From: Promethearchaeota archaeon
GTDB lineage: Archaea; Asgardarchaeota; Lokiarchaeia; Sigyniarchaeales; SOKP01
Length of the DNA: 50,108 nt
Assembly (NCBI GenBank): GCA_016840085.1
Contig: JAEOTA010000010.1
Span: 1-50,108, forward strand
Direction of reading: 5' to 3'
Below, in pieces: positions 46,238-50,108 of the stretch. Both the position numbers and the translations under genes were made by a program. Within the stretch, counting starts at the first letter, position 1. Every line of letters begins with the position of its first letter. Below the pieces are notes generated by a model, which saw nothing but the letters and a program-made list of their open reading frames with translations, had not been told where the DNA came from and searched no databases.

Positions 46238-48238
46238 TTATTTTAGCTCATCCTTAATATTTTCATAGAAATCAAGTGATTCGGGATTTCTCAATGCTCC
46301 TCTATTTGCTATAACAATACCATGGATGATTTTTGTGACAGCTATTTCCACTTTTTTATTAGAAAAGGTATAAGGAATCCCATCTGGAGGAGCTTGCAGA
46401 ATCAATTTAGGTACATGTCTTGGAGATGTTTTTTCTCGTAAAGTTTTTCTAATTTTTTCTTTTAAATCGTCATTAAATTCATAATCCTCGTTTAACAATA
46501 CAAACATTACAACGCGGATATCACCATTGATCTTTTGTCCTATAACAAGGCTGTCTGCGATTTCAGGTAATTGTTCAACTACATTATAAATTTCCGCGGT
46601 ACCAATTCTGACTCCAGAAGGTTTTAAAACAGCATCAGATCGCCCCCAGAAAGTAATTCCGCCTGTATCACTATGAATTACAATATAATCTCCATGCCTC
46701 CATACATTCTTTCCTAGATCTTTGAAATGATCAAAATATGCTACTTTATATTTTGACATATTCTCATCATCTTCCCAAAAGTAAATGGGCATTGAGGGAG
46801 AGGGAGTCTCACATACAAGTTCAGCTTGTTCATCAAGAATAGGCTCAGCATTATCATTATACGATTGCACCTTCATTCCTAAAGATTTACCTTGGAGTTC
46901 ACCAGAATATACAGGTTGTATTGGTAAAGCACATGCAAAACAACCATTAATATCTGTTCCTCCACTTATTGAATTGAAATAGAGATCTTTTTTTATTTCT
47001 CTATATACATATTCAAATCCTTCGGGTGAAAGTGTGGATGCTGTTTGAGAGATTTCTCGAAGTGAGCTTAAATTATATTTTTCAGTAGGTTTAGCACCTA
47101 TACCCATTAGATGATGGATATATGATGCACTCGTCCCAAATATTGAGATTTTATATTTTTCCATTAGTTCAAACATACGCAGGGGATCAGGATAAAGTGG
47201 GTTCCCATCATAAAGAAATATAGTTGCTCCAACAGCTAAAGAGCTGATTAACCAATTCCACATCATCCATGAGGGAGCAGTTATATAATTTATTACATCT
47301 GAACGTTTAAGATCGGTTGATAAAATTAGTTCTTTTAAGTGATTTATTAAGACCCCACCTGCTCCTTGAGCCATACATTTTGGTTTTCCTGTAGTACCTG
47401 ATGAAAACATAATATAAACAGGATGTTCAAAAGGTAATTGCTCAAAGTGAAGTTCTATCTCTTCTTCTTTTGATAGAAAATCATCCCAGTGAACAGCATT
47501 TGGAATGCTACTAATATCTGGTTTTCCATCAGAAACATATGAAACAACGATTACTTTTTCAATTGATGGAATAGCGTCAACAACTTCTTTAATATTAGTA
47601 ATAGTCTCAAAAACTTTATCTCTATAATAATATCCATCAACAGTGAACAAGATTTTTGGTTCAATCTGCCCAAATCGATCTATTACTGCACTTGCCTGTA
47701 ATTCTGCTCCACAAGATGCCCAAATAGCACCAATCGCTGTGGCGGCTAACATGGCTATGGGTGTTTCGATCAAATTTGGGATGTATGATACAACTCTATC
47801 ACCAACTTTAACTCCTATTTCACGAAGAGATTTCGCTAGCCGGGCAACTTCTTTATATAAATTTGCGTAAGAAATTAATTCTGTTTTTTTAGTTTCACCT
47901 TGGAATATAAATGCGAATTGGTCATCCTTATATTTTAAAAGATTTTCAGCAAAGTTAAGTTTAGCTCCAGGAAACCATTTTGTACCGGGAAATACATTTA
48001 AATCATCAACCACTTTATCATAGTTCTGTGAAGCAATAATACCTCCAAAATCCCACATTGCTGCCCAGAAATCCTCAATATTATCAGTTGACCATTGATA
48101 TAATTCTTTTGCTCCATTAATTTTCTTTCTATATTTTTTATTAATTAAATCAATAAAATGCGTGACTTCTGCATTTTTTATCCATTTTTTTGAAGGTTCC
48201 CAGAGTTTTTTTCGCTCATTGCTCATGATAAAAATCAC
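46238..48238 (-). CDS. Acetoacetate--CoA ligase (AMP-forming)
   Basis: WFPGAKLNFAENLL, IMFSSGTTGKPKC, WMMWNW, SISGGTD, GRSDAVLKPSGVRIGTAEIY. Confidence 0.92.
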   Translation of the reverse strand: MIFIMSNERKKLWEPSKKWIKNAEVTHFIDLINKKYRKKINGAKELYQWSTDNIEDFWAAMWDFGGIIASQNYDKVVDDLNVFPGTKWFPGAKLNFAENLLKYKDDQFAFIFQGETKKTELISYANLYKEVARLAKSLREIGVKVGDRVVSYIPNLIETPIAMLAATAIGAIWASCGAELQASAVIDRFGQIEPKILFTVDGYYYRDKVFETITNIKEVVDAIPSIEKVIVVSYVSDGKPDISSIPNAVHWDDFLSKEEEIELHFEQLPFEHPVYIMFSSGTTGKPKCMAQGAGGVLINHLKELILSTDLKRSDVINYITAPSWMMWNWLISSLAVGATIFLYDGNPLYPDPLRMFELMEKYKISIFGTSASYIHHLMGIGAKPTEKYNLSSLREISQTASTLSPEGFEYVYREIKKDLYFNSISGGTDINGCFACALPIQPVYSGELQGKSLGMKVQSYNDNAEPILDEQAELVCETPSPSMPIYFWEDDENMSKYKVAYFDHFKDLGKNVWRHGDYIVIHSDTGGITFWGRSDAVLKPSGVRIGTAEIYNVVEQLPEIADSLVIGQKINGDIRVVMFVLLNEDYEFNDDLKEKIRKTLREKTSPRHVPKLILQAPPDGIPYTFSNKKVEIAVTKIIHGIVIANRGALRNPESLDFYENIKDELK

Positions 48239-48391
48239 ATTATTAGGAATTTATTATTAAGAATACTCATTATTGAAATATTAAATATTTTAATTTTACT
48301 AAGCATTTTTTATTAAACTTTTCTTTTAAATCAAATCAGATCTTTTTAATGATTCTACTTAAAATCCTTTTTAGGAGCTTAATATAACAAA

Positions 48392-49888
48392 TCATAAATT
48401 AGTACTCAGTTCAAATCTCTTTTTAAATTCTACATATTCACATACTTTTGCTAAAGCATTTACAGGTCTATCCCATAATTTGAATAGTATTGCTCCATTT
48501 TTTCTTAATCTTTTGGACCAAGGACTTGTAAATCTCATGGGATTAATATATAATATTGGTATCGAATATTTTTTTGAATTCTCTAAAGTTGGTTTTAATA
48601 ATGTATTTGCTAAACCATCCATAACTTCATCTGGTTGATGTGTAAAATCAGCATTTTCAGCAATTTTAGCATTTTGAAGATAATCATCCATAACATCTTG
48701 AAATCCAACAACACCGTATTGAATTATAGCATCAATCTCACCAGATTTCATTAAAATTTCAGGTAAGTTAATATAAAAATAAGATAAATTTGTATCAAAA
48801 GCACAATCTACAGGGTTCTTATAACTTGCATTTGTTGGAAGGATTTCTTTTAATTGTCTTTGGAGTGTATCCGAGAATTCTGGTACCTTTAAACCTTTTC
48901 TTTCCGCATTATTAGCGACCATTGCTCCAGGACCTCCCGAATTTGTAATAATCCCTAATCTCTTCCCTTTTGGTAATATTCCTCTCGATAATATCAAAGC
49001 GATATCTAAAAACTCTTGAACATAATCTGTTTTTATCATTCCCGTTTCTTTAAAAACTGCCTCATAAATTTTAGCATCACCAGCTAATGATCCTGTGTGA
49101 CTTTTGAGAGCACGATTTCCTGCTTCAGAACCACCAACATATATTATTATGATAGGCTTTTTAGGAGTGATTTCTTTTGCTAATTCAAGAAACTTTTTAC
49201 CACGTTTCAATTCTTCTACATACAAACCAATAACTTTAGTATCATCATCATCTTTATAATATTCCAAACAATCTACCACATCAATATTTGCTTCATTTCC
49301 AACAGAAATCGATTTACTTAAACCTAAATCTAAATTTTCAGAGTCAAACCAGATATGACTTGAAAGCGTTCCACTTTGAGAAGCAATAGAGAAATTCCCC
49401 TTTTTTAAAATCTCCCATATCGCAATATTGAATGCTTTATTTTCTTCTCTTAAACCATACCAGTTATTGAAGATGCCCAAACAGTTTGGTCCTATGAATC
49501 TAATTCCGTAATGGTTAGCTATCTCTTTGATTTCTTCAGTGAGGGTATTTTTTCGATCCCCTACTAATTCTCTGAAACCTCCAGAAATAACAATTATCTT
49601 CTTTACGCCTTTTTCACCACATTCTCTAAAGATTTGAGGAATAATTTTAGCGGAGAGTACAGTAATTACGAGATCAGGTATTTCAGGAATATTCGTAATG
49701 TTTTTGTATGCCTTATATCCCATAACAGATTCTAATGTTAAGTGTATTGGATAAATTCCCCCATCAAATCCAGATTTAATTAAATTCATAATCTGAATGG
49801 CTGCTAATGAATTACCTTTATTATTAGCACCATAGAATGCTACACTCTGTGGATTTAAGAATTCATGTAAAAAATGTTGTTTACTCAT
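48392..49888 (-). CDS. acdA: Acyl/acetate--CoA ligase (ADP-forming) alpha subunit
   Basis: PQSVAFYGA, ISGGF, IGPNCLG, SQSG, SVGNEA, SHTGSLAG (phospho-His), TNSGGPG, NPVD. Confidence 0.9.
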   Translation of the reverse strand: MSKQHFLHEFLNPQSVAFYGANNKGNSLAAIQIMNLIKSGFDGGIYPIHLTLESVMGYKAYKNITNIPEIPDLVITVLSAKIIPQIFRECGEKGVKKIIVISGGFRELVGDRKNTLTEEIKEIANHYGIRFIGPNCLGIFNNWYGLREENKAFNIAIWEILKKGNFSIASQSGTLSSHIWFDSENLDLGLSKSISVGNEANIDVVDCLEYYKDDDDTKVIGLYVEELKRGKKFLELAKEITPKKPIIIIYVGGSEAGNRALKSHTGSLAGDAKIYEAVFKETGMIKTDYVQEFLDIALILSRGILPKGKRLGIITNSGGPGAMVANNAERKGLKVPEFSDTLQRQLKEILPTNASYKNPVDCAFDTNLSYFYINLPEILMKSGEIDAIIQYGVVGFQDVMDDYLQNAKIAENADFTHQPDEVMDGLANTLLKPTLENSKKYSIPILYINPMRFTSPWSKRLRKNGAILFKLWDRPVNALAKVCEYVEFKKRFELSTNL

Positions 49889-50108
49889 ATCCTCTCACTT
49901 GATTTAAAGAATATTACATGTTTTTAAAACCTAAATTTTACTTAAATCTAAAATAAAATGATGTAAAAAAAAGTATAAGATTAGAATTGAGTAAATTTTA
50001 ACTTTAAATCTTTTTATTTTTTTCTATTTATTTACTTGATTTTTCGAGCTAGAATAATAATCCATAACGATTTTTAATTCGTCGGCGTAATACTTCCTCT
50101 GAATTGAA

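Noticed and set aside
215-47870. Short ORFs nested antisense in long genes (e.g. 215, 2501, 2940, 5849, 7256, 10552, 13393, 16493, 23476, 27520, 29051, 31036, 34456, 39753, 46785, 47643)
   Set aside because: They lie opposite well-supported CDSs and show typical antisense-frame composition.
1-50108. CRISPR array, rRNA, tRNA or IS element
   Set aside because: No regularly spaced repeats, extended GC-rich structural RNA, cloverleaf or transposase motif was seen by eye. A covariance-model scan would be needed to exclude small RNAs.

Overview
AT-rich archaeal genomic window with the gene repertoire of an Asgard archaeon, most likely Lokiarchaeia. The lineage call is inferred from three Rab/Ras-like small GTPases (one fused to a roadblock-like domain), a TPR protein with a longin-like C-terminus, an E2-like/JAMM fusion, a zinc-ribbon LRR protein, archaeal LeuRS and aIF-1A. 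Most of the window is metabolic or housekeeping: 2-oxoacid:ferredoxin oxidoreductase subunits, methylmalonyl-CoA mutase, thiolase, acyl-CoA dehydrogenase with ETF, CoA ligases, an aminotransferase, two orphan PAS histidine kinases, two toxin-antitoxin pairs and two cold-shock genes. The most striking structure is a tandemly duplicated cassette at 12108-19340. Each copy reads [Rab-like GTPase] <- [small-peptide genes] <- conserved TATA plus AGTT-N10-AACT palindrome -> [multi-winged-helix + TPR regulator]. Two peptide genes of the second copy (27 and 30 aa) are missing from the ORF track. I translated them by hand, and their C-terminal motifs match peptides of the first copy. The architecture resembles bacterial RRNPP (HTH-TPR receptor plus peptide) systems, here tied to small GTPases. 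It is flanked by a B12/radical-SAM/SPASM-like enzyme with a candidate precursor peptide and by an oligoendopeptidase F. Several short gene remnants are also visible. No rRNA, tRNA, CRISPR array or transposase was recognised. All calls come from reading the sequence; no database searches were run.
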